Origin: a virus
Lineage: Duplodnaviria > Caudoviricetes
DNA length: 32,209 nucleotides
Direction: 5' to 3' (one strand)
IMG/VR virus record: IMGVR_UViG_3300017705_000119
Span: 1-32,209 of that record
Part shown: positions 16,786 to 26,134 of the stretch, in pieces
How the letters are laid out: every line of letters begins with the position of its first letter
Numbering within the stretch: the first letter of the stretch is position 1
Made by a program: the position numbers and the translations under genes
The notes under the pieces: model-generated
Told to the model about the DNA's origin: nothing
Seen by the model: the letters and a program-made list of their open reading frames with translations, nothing else
Databases searched by the model: none

Positions 16786-17387
16786 TAACTTACGCGGTCA
16801 ATAGGTGAACCTCGACGGATAACATTGTATGTATCCATGTTGTCAAAGATAGAGTGGTTAGCAGTCCACCCTTCATATTCAATAAGAGAGTTCCATGCGT
16901 ACCTCTCGTCCATTGAAGTGAACTGGTGGTGAGTCACTGAGCCAACCATGCGGTCAGACAGAATACGTGCAGCACGAATGGTGACATATTGTTTCGCTAC
17001 GTGAGGTAGGTCTTCAAAAGCTAACCCATACACAACTGTAGCTTTAATCTTATCAGTAAATTCATACGTATGTTCCTTGCGGTCATACAAGCTGGTGCCA
17101 CGCATGACAATATCTATGTCCCCTGCGTTATGAGACTCAAGGTCTAACCTTAAGATAGAACCACTGACGGTTATCTTATTGTCAGCAGCATCGGGAGTGA
17201 ACTCAACGTCGAACTCTGTATTGAAGTGCCAACCCTTAGCTTGGGTATCTCGGCTTACTTCAGTCAGTAAGTTCAACGCTATCGTTGTGTCTGCTGGTAG
17301 TGAACCAGTGAGGGAACTAACCGGTGACTCGCCAATAGTGGCAAGCATCGTGTTGATGGCTTCGAGTTTTGTCAGAGAGGATAACAT
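16785..17387 (-). CDS. Tail tubular protein A / adaptor (gp11-like)
   Basis: TKLEAINTMLATIGESPV, Q.KGWHFNTE, FEDLP..AKQYVTIRAAR; start set at ATG 17387 because the longer track ORF runs through the terminator. Confidence 0.93.
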   Translation of the reverse strand: MLSSLTKLEAINTMLATIGESPVSSLTGSLPADTTIALNLLTEVSRDTQAKGWHFNTEFDVEFTPDAADNKITVSGSILRLDLESHNAGDIDIVMRGTSLYDRKEHTYEFTDKIKATVVYGLAFEDLPHVAKQYVTIRAARILSDRMVGSVTHHQFTSMDERYAWNSLIEYEGWTANHSIFDNMDTYNVIRRGSPIDRVS

Positions 17388-17403
17388 AATTATATAGGGA
17401 GGT

Positions 17404-17436
17404 AAAAAGGAGGAAGCAGCGTGAGCCACTTCCCCC
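17404..17436 (-). terminator. Intrinsic terminator after major capsid gene (T-phi equivalent)
   Basis: GGGGGAAGTGGC-TCAC-GCTGCTTCCTCC-TTTTT: 12-bp stem (3 G-U pairs) plus U tract, at the canonical capsid/tail-tube A junction. Confidence 0.85.
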
Positions 17437-17482
17437 AAAACACACACACAATCAAAGGAGAGAACCCCTTATGAGTGTTTTA

Positions 17483-18511
17483 TTATGCGTCAATTAGCGC
17501 GAAGTGGCCAGCAGCATCTTGACGAAGTGGTGCAGTACCGCACGCCATCTTTGCTACGTATAGTGAGCCCTGACGCTCGACCAAGTACTGAGACTCGATA
17601 GAGATGTCCTTAAGCTTAACAGTTGCCACAGCTTCTTCGTGACCGAAGACACCAGCGAACGCTATCGCAGCATCTGTGAAGTCAGTATCAACTTGGTTGT
17701 TGTTGCCACCAGGTGCAGCGTAGTCTGCATAAACATCGTCAATGTGATTTGACTTGTAGACCTTGATACCAGCAATTTCCATTACAGTACCTTCAGCAAG
17801 TGAGCCCTTACCTGAGTAATCCAGGTTGATGCCATCACCGACAACTCCAGCCTTCTGGATTAAGCGGTAGTAAAGCTCAGGGCTTAGAACAGAAAAGCGA
17901 CCATCTTCAGGTAGGTCGTTAGCATCCATCTTTTCAGCAGCTTCGTAGAAAGCGCCTATCATACCCGCAACAGTTATACCAGCCTTAGTGGTAGCACCGA
18001 GATTAACAGCGCCCATACCAGCTACGATTGGGTCATCAACAGTACCTACAGAAGATTGGTACATAGAACGAATGATGTTCTTGTCCAACTCTACAGCTAG
18101 AGACTTACCTAACTCAGAAGTAAATGGCCCACGGTAATCATAGTGTGCCTTAGCTTCATCAAGTGAATCAATGAAACAAGAGCTTACGAGTAGGTCATCA
18201 ATCTTGACGAGCTTCTCGTTCACTTTCATAGTGGAGAGGTAATCTGTACTGCCAGCATCTGTGTCAGTAATCAACGACTCACCAGGAGTGTGATACTTAG
18301 CAGAGGCTTTGCCAGTCAGAGGAAATTGAGCCGAACGGCCCGAGGAGATGGTTCTTGTACGGGTAAGAGGGAGCATCAGGTTCTTTTCAGAGAACGCTGT
18401 AGCAACTTCACCAGCAAAAACCTTGAGGAACATAGCGTTATCATCAGCCCACGTTCCGGTATGTACACCGGAGCCGCCAGCCTGACCGCCTAGAGAGACT
18501 TTCATAGACAT
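17483..18511 (-). CDS. Major capsid protein (gp10A-like)
   Basis: FLKVFAGEVATAF, RTISSGRSAQFP.TG, YHTPG, IDDLLVS..FI..LDEAKAHYDYR, AGIKVYKSN, AVATVKL motifs. Confidence 0.97.
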   Translation of the reverse strand: MSMKVSLGGQAGGSGVHTGTWADDNAMFLKVFAGEVATAFSEKNLMLPLTRTRTISSGRSAQFPLTGKASAKYHTPGESLITDTDAGSTDYLSTMKVNEKLVKIDDLLVSSCFIDSLDEAKAHYDYRGPFTSELGKSLAVELDKNIIRSMYQSSVGTVDDPIVAGMGAVNLGATTKAGITVAGMIGAFYEAAEKMDANDLPEDGRFSVLSPELYYRLIQKAGVVGDGINLDYSGKGSLAEGTVMEIAGIKVYKSNHIDDVYADYAAPGGNNNQVDTDFTDAAIAFAGVFGHEEAVATVKLKDISIESQYLVERQGSLYVAKMACGTAPLRQDAAGHFALIDA

Positions 18512-18621
18512 GAAATTATCCTTGGTTTAGGAGATTAAAAAAAATTAGTTAGAAGTTTGCTTTTGCTTTCTTGGAAGTTGTCCACCGTAGTGGGCTACCG
18601 GTAATTACGTAAGCGGATTGC

Positions 18622-19347
18622 CTAGATGTTGGACTGACTGAGTTTCTGAGCTACGGATTCACGATAACCGGAATCAGTTTTGTAGCGTGGGTCACCCATT
18701 GCAGCCTTCACTTCGGCAAGTGATTGGAAAGAGCCAGAGCCGCTAACGGCCTGGTTGCCTTGAACTAAATTAGGAGCCTTACCGACAGCTTTTGTGTACT
18801 GAGCGTGTAAGCCCTGTATCGCCATCCGTGCAGTCTCGGTGTTTGCTTCAAGAGCTTTATCAAAGGCGTCAATTTCGGCCGATGATAAAGATTGCTGTGC
18901 CCATTGTGCCATCTCTTTGTAAGCATCTTCGCCACCCACTGTTGCCATGAGGGTATTGGCTTGTGCTTGAATGACGGCCTTTTGACCTTCAGCATAGTTG
19001 TCTACAAAGGAGCGAGGTAAACCCATCTTCTCCATCTCACCATATTGTTCATCGGTGAATGAGAAGTCTTGGTCACGCCACGCCTCTGAGAATTGATTTA
19101 GTTTGTCTTCGCTTAAAGATTGAACTTCAGCTTCTCCAGAAGATTCATCCCCAGAAGAAGCAGACTCTGAACCTTGCTTACGCTCCAGTTCACTATACGC
19201 TTCAGCGAGGTCTTCAGGATTGCTAAACTTTTCCGGCAACCACTCTGGACGTTCGCCCATAGATTGGTCACCTGTATCAGTAGCTTGACTTTCAGGTTGT
19301 TCAGTAGATTTCTCATCAATTTCGATTTCGGCTTGTTCAAATTCCAT
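18622..19347 (-). CDS. Capsid assembly scaffold (gp9-like)
   Basis: ERPEWLPEKF...AYSELE, VGG..AY.EM.QWA, AMGDPRY..D..YR..V..KL. Confidence 0.95.
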   Translation of the reverse strand: MEFEQAEIEIDEKSTEQPESQATDTGDQSMGERPEWLPEKFSNPEDLAEAYSELERKQGSESASSGDESSGEAEVQSLSEDKLNQFSEAWRDQDFSFTDEQYGEMEKMGLPRSFVDNYAEGQKAVIQAQANTLMATVGGEDAYKEMAQWAQQSLSSAEIDAFDKALEANTETARMAIQGLHAQYTKAVGKAPNLVQGNQAVSGSGSFQSLAEVKAAMGDPRYKTDSGYRESVAQKLSQSNI

Positions 19348-19352
19348 TGTGT

Positions 19353-20900
19353 TTATTCAGTTTGTGTTTGTTGCGAAGCAGCTATCATGCCTTTAGCTCC
19401 CTCTTGGATTACGCCCGGTGCTGCTTGTTGCACCATCTGAGCCATCTGAGCTTGCTGCTGTTCGGCAGCCATATCTTCCTCGGTGCGAACCAAACCATCA
19501 GGGTCAATACCTAACGATGCAGCGCGACGAGTGAGATACTCAGAGATGTCGATGTAGCTACTAATAGCTTCCGGACCAAAGATTTGACCAACACCTGAGA
19601 TGAAAGCATCCAGGCGATTAAGGTCTTGACCTCTACCTAAAGCATCCACACCCGTGATTATCATCGGGGCAATGTATTCCTTTGGTAGTTTTGGCAGCTT
19701 ACCTGATTTAGTTAGCTGCTCCAGCAGACGAGTGACCAGTGGTAACTGGAGTGTCGCTGCTAGTTGAGAGTAGACTGAGCTATGCTGTCTCTCGATGGAC
19801 TGTTGGACTAACCTCACTTCCTCTGCTGTTACACGTTCGGCATTACGTATGGTGTCCGTGGTCAATAGGAACGCATAGTTAAGACGCTCTTGTATTTTGT
19901 TGACAGTCTCAAAAGCAATACGGAAGTCAGCAAACTTGCCAAGCTGCAACACTGACACATCTGTAGCGTTACCTTCACGTATAGCTCCATTAGGTGCTTC
20001 GGCAATCGTCCGGGCACGTGTTGAGCCGTTTGGTGAGACTAAGAATAAACAGCGAGCTGCTGCTGCTGACCCCTCAACGAGAGCTTTCTGTAAAGCCTCG
20101 ATTGACATTAGGTCGCCAAAGTATTCTTCAACTAGAGAGCGCCCGTAATCTAGGCCATCAACTACGTGCATACGTAGAGCCATGTATGGGTTCTTATCTA
20201 GTGGGAACTCACCCTCGGAGCCGGGTATTAACTGCCCGTAAATCTCCTGGTGGATGTAATACTTATCCCCATCTCTGTAGCAGCAAGTATATAAATCACA
20301 CTCCTGCTCATTGTCCTTACCATGCACCTCGATGATTTCACGAGTTTCCTCTGGTAGCGCCGTATGGGCTATAGTTTCCTTGGTGATAACCTTGAGTATG
20401 TTTCCACTAGCATCTCGCTTGATGCAGTAGTTATTTAAGTTAAACATACGGAGAGTGTTATCTGGACGAAGATAGAGTAGACAATTCCCAGCTACTATTA
20501 AATGCTTTAATGCTTCTGATAAGGATGGCCTGAAATTGGCTATCTCTATCTCCTTCATTACTGCACGTTCCATACGTGATAACGAAGAGTCTATCTCAGA
20601 CTTTATTTCATCCAACCCATCCAACTCATTTAGAGCTTTGTTGTCTAATGTAAGACGGAAGAACGGTTGGTCCTGTGGTGGCAGGAGTGCAAGCAATAGA
20701 GCTGCACTGAGGTTGTTAACTCCACGTGCTCCAATACTATTGTAAGGAGTCTCAAGACGTGACGAAGAGTTAAAACCCTCGTCTACAAATAGAGAGGGTA
20801 TAGTTAACTTAGCACAGTCCCTGGCACGTTGTAGTACCGGGAGGCGCTCTGTCGATAGCTTCTCATATTGAGAAGAAAGGGAGCCGGGTGAATAGTTCAA
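19353..20900 (-). CDS. Portal / head-tail connector (gp8-like)
   Basis: CAKLTIPSLF, SIGARGVNNLS..LLLALLP..PFFRL, YGRSLVEEY.GDL, AERVTAEEVR, ITGVDALGRGQD; TTG start. Confidence 0.97.
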   Translation of the reverse strand: MNYSPGSLSSQYEKLSTERLPVLQRARDCAKLTIPSLFVDEGFNSSSRLETPYNSIGARGVNNLSAALLLALLPPQDQPFFRLTLDNKALNELDGLDEIKSEIDSSLSRMERAVMKEIEIANFRPSLSEALKHLIVAGNCLLYLRPDNTLRMFNLNNYCIKRDASGNILKVITKETIAHTALPEETREIIEVHGKDNEQECDLYTCCYRDGDKYYIHQEIYGQLIPGSEGEFPLDKNPYMALRMHVVDGLDYGRSLVEEYFGDLMSIEALQKALVEGSAAAARCLFLVSPNGSTRARTIAEAPNGAIREGNATDVSVLQLGKFADFRIAFETVNKIQERLNYAFLLTTDTIRNAERVTAEEVRLVQQSIERQHSSVYSQLAATLQLPLVTRLLEQLTKSGKLPKLPKEYIAPMIITGVDALGRGQDLNRLDAFISGVGQIFGPEAISSYIDISEYLTRRAASLGIDPDGLVRTEEDMAAEQQQAQMAQMVQQAAPGVIQEGAKGMIAASQQTQTE

Positions 20901-20902
20901 AA

Positions 20903-21106
20903 CTAATAGTTGGTGTTCATGCCACCATAATTAGATAAGCGTAGTCCAACAATACCTTGCCCAGCTACAGTGTCCTTTCCACCTACAGTCTTAACACCTG
21001 CCTTCTTTTTATTGCCAACACGTAAGGCTGTCTTAGAAAATATTTCCTTTGGTGGAAGTGGGTCTATGATAGGAGGAGGGGGAGCTTTAGGGGAGGATAG
21101 GCACAT
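20903..21106 (-). CDS. Small virion protein (gp6.7/gp7.3-like)
   Basis: MCLSSPKAPPPP start, basic/Gly-rich C-terminus, immediately upstream of portal. Confidence 0.7.
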   Translation of the reverse strand: MCLSSPKAPPPPIIDPLPPKEIFSKTALRVGNKKKAGVKTVGGKDTVAGQGIVGLRLSNYGGMNTNY

Positions 21107-21290
21107 CGTCAGTATCTAATATGGTTTTTTCTTGTTCCTTCTTAACCATTATTAAGAAGTCAATAACACTACGTTGTCCTGCCTTGAACCATACTTCACG
21201 TTCGGGGCAAGACAGGTCGGGGTGGCGGTTTGGATATAGTTTATCCAGAGCGTCTAAGAGATTGCTAGGGATTATCGGTAAGTTTTCCAT
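21087..21290 (-). CDS. Conserved hypothetical protein of aquatic T7-like phages
   Basis: LD.LYP...PD......VWFKAGQRSVIDFL motif; usual position two genes before portal. Confidence 0.75.
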   Translation of the reverse strand: MENLPIIPSNLLDALDKLYPNRHPDLSCPEREVWFKAGQRSVIDFLIMVKKEQEKTILDTDDVPILP

Positions 21291-21597
21291 GAGACTTTAG
21301 GAAGGCATACAGTAACACTGAGTAGTTGATTACGTCAAGGATGGTATCCTCAATCTTTTCGTCCTCTACTTTGGCCTTATTCCCATTCATTAACGTGGAT
21401 AGCCTAGACATTTTATCTGTCAGACGGACCATAAAGCCTAATTCTGTGGTGGTAATGCCCATACTTTCCACACGAGTGAAGTTAGCAAAAGGCGTATCAC
21501 CGCTTGAACCAGCGTAATCGTGGTTCTTCTTTCCCATCAACGCATGCGCAGATGTACATAATTCACTATGCAGTTGTAGCAGTTCTGTCGTATTCAT
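21265..21597 (-). CDS. DUF1599 / nucleotide-modification-associated helical domain protein
   Basis: KKNHDYAG..PFANF, VRLTDKMSRL, DE.IEDTILD.INYSVL; start moved to MNTTE (ATG 21597) to reduce overlap with the exonuclease. Confidence 0.7.
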   Translation of the reverse strand: MNTTELLQLHSELCTSAHALMGKKNHDYAGSSGDTPFANFTRVESMGITTTELGFMVRLTDKMSRLSTLMNGNKAKVEDEKIEDTILDVINYSVLLYAFLKSHGKLTDNP

Positions 21598-22342
21598 TGT
21601 ATCTCTCCGGTGTCCATAAGTTGATATTGCCGGTGACGAAATCATAGTCACCACCACGTAGAATGTAAGAAAGACGAGCTTGAGTAAGCGCGTCCTCTGG
21701 GGTTAAACCAGCGTCCTCAAATAGAGAGACCACTGTACTCCACATCTCGCTCGGTGGAGCTACGAGCATCTTTCGTTTAGCGGTCATCACGCCGACACCA
21801 GGACAGCCCTTAAAGTTATCAGCGGTGTCACCACATAGAGTCTGGATGAAGTGAGTGTATATAGCCTCATGTGGTGTCACTTGTACTACCCCACGCTCTG
21901 ACTGTGAAGGGTTGTAGTGTAGGCCTGGGACTGTCATTAAGTCTTTGTCTGAAGAACACATGATGTCTGCCTCAGTTGCCACAATGCCTAGTAAGTCATC
22001 AGCCTCAAGATGCTGAATAGTTAAACATGAGTACGCCGAAGCTACGGCATCACGTAGTGGTTTAAGTAAGACCGGTTTACGTTTACCTGAACGATTAGCT
22101 TTGTACTCTGGGAAGAAATCCTTACGGAATACATCCCTTCCCGAGAAGCACATTAGAACATCATCAACCCCAGTAGTCTCTTGTACTTTTTGGACCTGTT
22201 CATTGAATGAACTCTTAGCTGCATTAAGGTCACCATACAGTGTCCAGAAGTCTTCGGAGGAATCCCAGCAAACCTCGGACTCTGCGCCGAAGGATGCCCG
22301 GTAAAGAAAGATGTCACCATCTATAATTAAGCGTGTTTTCAT
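21566..22342 (-). CDS. 5'-3' exonuclease (gp6-like)
   Basis: IDGD, FR....PEYKANR, LEADDLLGI, SDKDLMTVPG, QTL.GDTADNFKGCPGVG. Confidence 0.95.
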   Translation of the reverse strand: MKTRLIIDGDIFLYRASFGAESEVCWDSSEDFWTLYGDLNAAKSSFNEQVQKVQETTGVDDVLMCFSGRDVFRKDFFPEYKANRSGKRKPVLLKPLRDAVASAYSCLTIQHLEADDLLGIVATEADIMCSSDKDLMTVPGLHYNPSQSERGVVQVTPHEAIYTHFIQTLCGDTADNFKGCPGVGVMTAKRKMLVAPPSEMWSTVVSLFEDAGLTPEDALTQARLSYILRGGDYDFVTGNINLWTPERYNEYDRTATTA

Positions 22343-22344
22343 TA

Positions 22345-24168
22345 TTAGTGGGTCTCAGCCCAGTTGTTTCCTATCTTAAAATCACCATCAAGAGGACAGC
22401 GAAGGTTAAAGAATTGCCCAGCTTCTCTGAACGATTCCACAATTATTTCTCCCACTTGTTCAGCAAGAGGTTCACGAACTTGCACCTGAAGCTCGTCATG
22501 TATGTGTGCTACTTGAGCAACATCACTCTTAGTAAACCCGGCAGCATGAAACTTCTCATGTGCTAAGACTGTTGCCTTCTTCATGCACACCGCAGCGCCA
22601 CTCTGCAGGAGAGTATTCAGTGCGGAGTGTTCGGAACGACAGCTCAACGGTCTGCCGTCAAGACCTACTAAAGTTCCACGCTCTGAGAATGCTTGTTTAA
22701 CCTGGGTCAGTAGCTGCTTCAATGCTGGCATCCCATTAAGGAAGCGGGTCTGAAGCTTCTTACCCATCGCCGGTGAAACACCAATGGTCTCACCTATCTT
22801 GGCTGGACCGCCACCATAAAGTGTGCAGTAAATTAGAGTCTTTGCTTTGTTACGGCCGTTAGGGTCACTACCCAAACCTGCAGCGTTTTGGTTGACGGAG
22901 TGGATGTCTCCCTCGAGTATCGCTTCGATGTAGTCATTGGACCAACGCCCGGTGTAGTGAGCGAGGATACGTAACTCAACTTGAGCGAGGTCTGCACCAA
23001 CTAACTTGTACCCCATTGGTACAGTGAATAGCTCACGACTCTCTTTTCCATAAGCCGAACCTACAGAGGTAGCTTGTGCAACATTAGGTCGGCTATGAGT
23101 ACACCGTCCTGAGACAGCACCATTGTGATTTATGCGGCCATGTATACGCCCATCTTTCTCGAGCTTTAACCAAGCAGCATCACCATCGCCAATCATACCA
23201 AGCCGCTTAGTAATCATTAGGAACTCATTAAGAAGTTTAGCCTCTGGGAACTTCAGTCTTGCTAAAGTTTTCTCATCTACCTTTGCTCTACCATCCGGCG
23301 TGAACTCGGTTGGCTTCCACCCATAATGATTAATTAAAGCATTAGCTATTTGGACTCGACTGTTAGGATTAAACTCAACGCGCTTCACCTTGAACGGACC
23401 AGGTGTAAGTGTCTTACGTTCCTTCGCAGGGCAATCACCTTTACGTATAAACTTCTCACCACTTGCAGGACTCAGCCAATACTGCCGCGTCTTCATTGTG
23501 GTTTCGGTAGCTGGGAAGACAGCAATCAGCTCGGACTCTATCTCTGCACGACGCTTCACTAAGTCTGCGTAGAGGATGTGAGCACGCTCAACGTCAAATG
23601 CAAAACCTGTTTGCTGCTGCTCATCTAGGATTTTTGCAAAGGGCTGTTCCAACTCAATACAAGAAAGAGGTAGAGAGGAAACATCTTCCCAAAGTTTAAG
23701 AGTTACCTCGAGGTCTTGAAGACAATACTCCCCCATTTCTGGCGAATACTTCTCCCACGGGTTTTCCATAGACTCACCGTACTCACCCTTGTAACAGCCT
23801 AGACGTAGGCCCCATGCTTTCAACGAGTGGCTGCCTATAAGCTTGGGTGGGTAATCAGTACGCCCATAGTCAGCCTTCTTTATGTCTGCATGTTTAACTC
23901 GTGCCAGGATTACGGTGTCACGTATGCTTCCACCAAACGTCCACTCTGGGTAGAGCTTCTGAATAACAGGGATGTCATAGCCTTGTATGTTTTGTCCAAT
24001 CAAAGTCTTGGCTTGGGATAAAACTTCAAGGCCCTCTTTAATTTCATGTGGTTCAAACAACCGCTTATCCCCAGTATCTAAGTCGAGTACACCAATGCAG
24101 TGAATGGTGGATACGGTAGGGAGTAACCCGTTTGTCTCTAGGTCAAAGATTAGTGTGTGGTCCTTCAT
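22345..24168 (-). CDS. DNA polymerase family A (T7 gp5-like)
   Basis: Exonuclease motifs FDLETNG, N...YDIP, HSLKAWG, YC.QD; polymerase motifs GADLAQVELR, RNKAKTLIY..LYG, HIHDELQ. Confidence 0.97.
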   Translation of the reverse strand: MKDHTLIFDLETNGLLPTVSTIHCIGVLDLDTGDKRLFEPHEIKEGLEVLSQAKTLIGQNIQGYDIPVIQKLYPEWTFGGSIRDTVILARVKHADIKKADYGRTDYPPKLIGSHSLKAWGLRLGCYKGEYGESMENPWEKYSPEMGEYCLQDLEVTLKLWEDVSSLPLSCIELEQPFAKILDEQQQTGFAFDVERAHILYADLVKRRAEIESELIAVFPATETTMKTRQYWLSPASGEKFIRKGDCPAKERKTLTPGPFKVKRVEFNPNSRVQIANALINHYGWKPTEFTPDGRAKVDEKTLARLKFPEAKLLNEFLMITKRLGMIGDGDAAWLKLEKDGRIHGRINHNGAVSGRCTHSRPNVAQATSVGSAYGKESRELFTVPMGYKLVGADLAQVELRILAHYTGRWSNDYIEAILEGDIHSVNQNAAGLGSDPNGRNKAKTLIYCTLYGGGPAKIGETIGVSPAMGKKLQTRFLNGMPALKQLLTQVKQAFSERGTLVGLDGRPLSCRSEHSALNTLLQSGAAVCMKKATVLAHEKFHAAGFTKSDVAQVAHIHDELQVQVREPLAEQVGEIIVESFREAGQFFNLRCPLDGDFKIGNNWAETH

Positions 24169-25784
24169 TAAAATTCAAAGTCGGCTTGAGTTGCTGGGGG
24201 AGCTGGTATGAATTGCATACGCTCCTTGTCAAAATTGAGTGTCTGCATCACGCCAGTATCCCCAGAGAATCTGTTCTTGAGGCATCGTGCTAATACATGG
24301 TTAGGATTCTCTTCATCCTGTTGGTCACGCTCGAGACCAATACAGATGTCAGCAAGCCCAGCAATTTGAGTGGAACCTCGAAGGTGACTAAGGGATGTAC
24401 GCCCACCTTCTTCCATAGGCTTACCCTCAACACGTTTAAGGTGACTCACTACGATGAGACCTATGTTTAGATTCTCTACCGCTTGACGTAGCTTAGTCAT
24501 TACAGCGTCAATACGCCGACGTTCATCGCCTTGGTCGGCAGCCCCAGATAACATCAGAGTGATGTGGTCTAAGAAGATATACTTGTAACCAGCATGAGCT
24601 AAGAACTTAATCTTACTCATCATGTTGTCTGGGTCTATTGAACCAAAGTGGTCGTAAAGAACAATGTTGTCCTCACCAAACACATCATCAAAAGCCTTGT
24701 CCAACTCATCTTGGTCGAGGTCATAGTTCAAGTGCAAAGCTTTGTGAGTATGTATACCTAAGAATTGTAAGGCCGACTGTCTTACATTCTCCTCGAGGGC
24801 AATGTAGGCGATGGGTGTTTGCTTACTTAAGTGATACGCAATCTCGCGGCACAATGTGCTCTTACCTATGCCGGTGCCAGCGGTAACTACAACCAGCTCT
24901 CCACGACGTAGGCCGTAAGTGGTCTTATTAAACCCTTCCCATGGGTACTCGTGACTCTCAGCTTCAGAGAAGTCAGTGACTGCTGCATAAATTTCTTCCT
25001 TGAAAACTAAGCCGTCAGGTCGGTGAGGTTTTGCTGACCACATAACACTGACAAGTTCAGACTCACGACCAGCGACAAGCATGTCATTTACATCCTTCAT
25101 GCCTTGAGGTAGTTGAGTGATGTGCGCTTTGCCTGGACTCAGTAACGCTGCACATTCAACGGCAGCATCACGCCCCGGCTTATCCTCATCGAACATAAAG
25201 ATAACTTTGTCGAATGACTCAACGAACTCAATGTTGTTACAGATAGCACGTGATGCTGACTGCGCACCGTTAGGAATTCCAACCACCGGCCACTTCAGAT
25301 TCTGCACTTGGGCCATTGAGCATGTATCAATTTCTCCCTCGCAGATAACAAGTTGTTTGCCACCTGACCAAAGGTGTTGACCAAACAGCGTCATCTTTTT
25401 GGCTTCCCCTATGATGGAGAAGTTCTTGTTAGAGTCGCGTAACTTCTGAGCGACTACACGCCCATCACCATCTCGGTAACTAGCTACTTGATACTTATCA
25501 GTAATACCATAACCATACTTGCGACATGTGTCCTCTCGAAGTTTTCTTTTGGGTATGTCTCCATACTCCACAGATAAAAAGTTTTGTGTGTTTGTGGGTG
25601 TCATTGGTTCTGGTGTTGTTTTGTTTTGTGTCTGTTTATGTATCGAACAACTGAAGCAGTATTCGTGGTCTGTGTAGACAGCCCTTGCATCACTGCTCCC
25701 ACAGTCTTCACAAGGGCCATGCTTTAAGAACCTACTATCTTCAGTTTCATTTCGACGCTCGGCTGTGTGTGTTTCTCCGCCCAT
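24168..25784 (-). CDS. Primase/helicase (gp4-like)
   Basis: Zn ribbon CEDC...CFSC, TOPRIM CEGEID and FDEDKPG, Walker A AGTGIGKST, LDHIT, VSHLKR, LRGS..I, KNRFSGDTG. Confidence 0.97.
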   Translation of the reverse strand: MGGETHTAERRNETEDSRFLKHGPCEDCGSSDARAVYTDHEYCFSCSIHKQTQNKTTPEPMTPTNTQNFLSVEYGDIPKRKLREDTCRKYGYGITDKYQVASYRDGDGRVVAQKLRDSNKNFSIIGEAKKMTLFGQHLWSGGKQLVICEGEIDTCSMAQVQNLKWPVVGIPNGAQSASRAICNNIEFVESFDKVIFMFDEDKPGRDAAVECAALLSPGKAHITQLPQGMKDVNDMLVAGRESELVSVMWSAKPHRPDGLVFKEEIYAAVTDFSEAESHEYPWEGFNKTTYGLRRGELVVVTAGTGIGKSTLCREIAYHLSKQTPIAYIALEENVRQSALQFLGIHTHKALHLNYDLDQDELDKAFDDVFGEDNIVLYDHFGSIDPDNMMSKIKFLAHAGYKYIFLDHITLMLSGAADQGDERRRIDAVMTKLRQAVENLNIGLIVVSHLKRVEGKPMEEGGRTSLSHLRGSTQIAGLADICIGLERDQQDEENPNHVLARCLKNRFSGDTGVMQTLNFDKERMQFIPAPPATQADFEF

Positions 25785-26134
25785 TCTTTCCTGCCTTTAA
25801 CGGCTATGATTTGATTGTCATCAACGATGATTAAACCTTGGATGCTATCTTGAATCCCTTTAAGTAAGTTATCTACGTCACACCGTGGGTAATCTAACTT
25901 CGTTGACTTTGGTTGTTGTAGTCGGAATGTAAATTCACACTCGACTGTTTGTGTTAGGGGTAAATCTTTTCGACTTACCCCAGATTTTATTATGGCCTCT
26001 TCGATAGCTGCTGGTGCTGCCTTGCGGAATGCTGTGTAACGCTTCCCGTAATAGGTGCCCCATTTACTTATCCTTGGCCGACTGGCTGGTACTGGTGATA
26101 TTGGTATACTGAACTTAAGTGACTTACGTCTCAC
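25724..26134 (-). CDS. rusA: RusA-family Holliday junction resolvase
   Basis: PVPASRPR start and DVDNLLKGIQD...IVDDNQI catalytic signature. Confidence 0.88.
   Translation of the reverse strand: MRRKSLKFSIPISPVPASRPRISKWGTYYGKRYTAFRKAAPAAIEEAIIKSGVSRKDLPLTQTVECEFTFRLQQPKSTKLDYPRCDVDNLLKGIQDSIQGLIIVDDNQIIAVKGRKEWAEKHTQPSVEMKLKIVGS

Noticed and set aside
17440-17450. CA dinucleotide run as a phase-variable repeat
   Set aside because: Only about five units, intergenic, adjacent to the terminator
17450-17520. gp10B-type capsid frameshift extension
   Set aside because: No slippery heptamer seen near the end; tandem TAA TAA stops followed by a terminator
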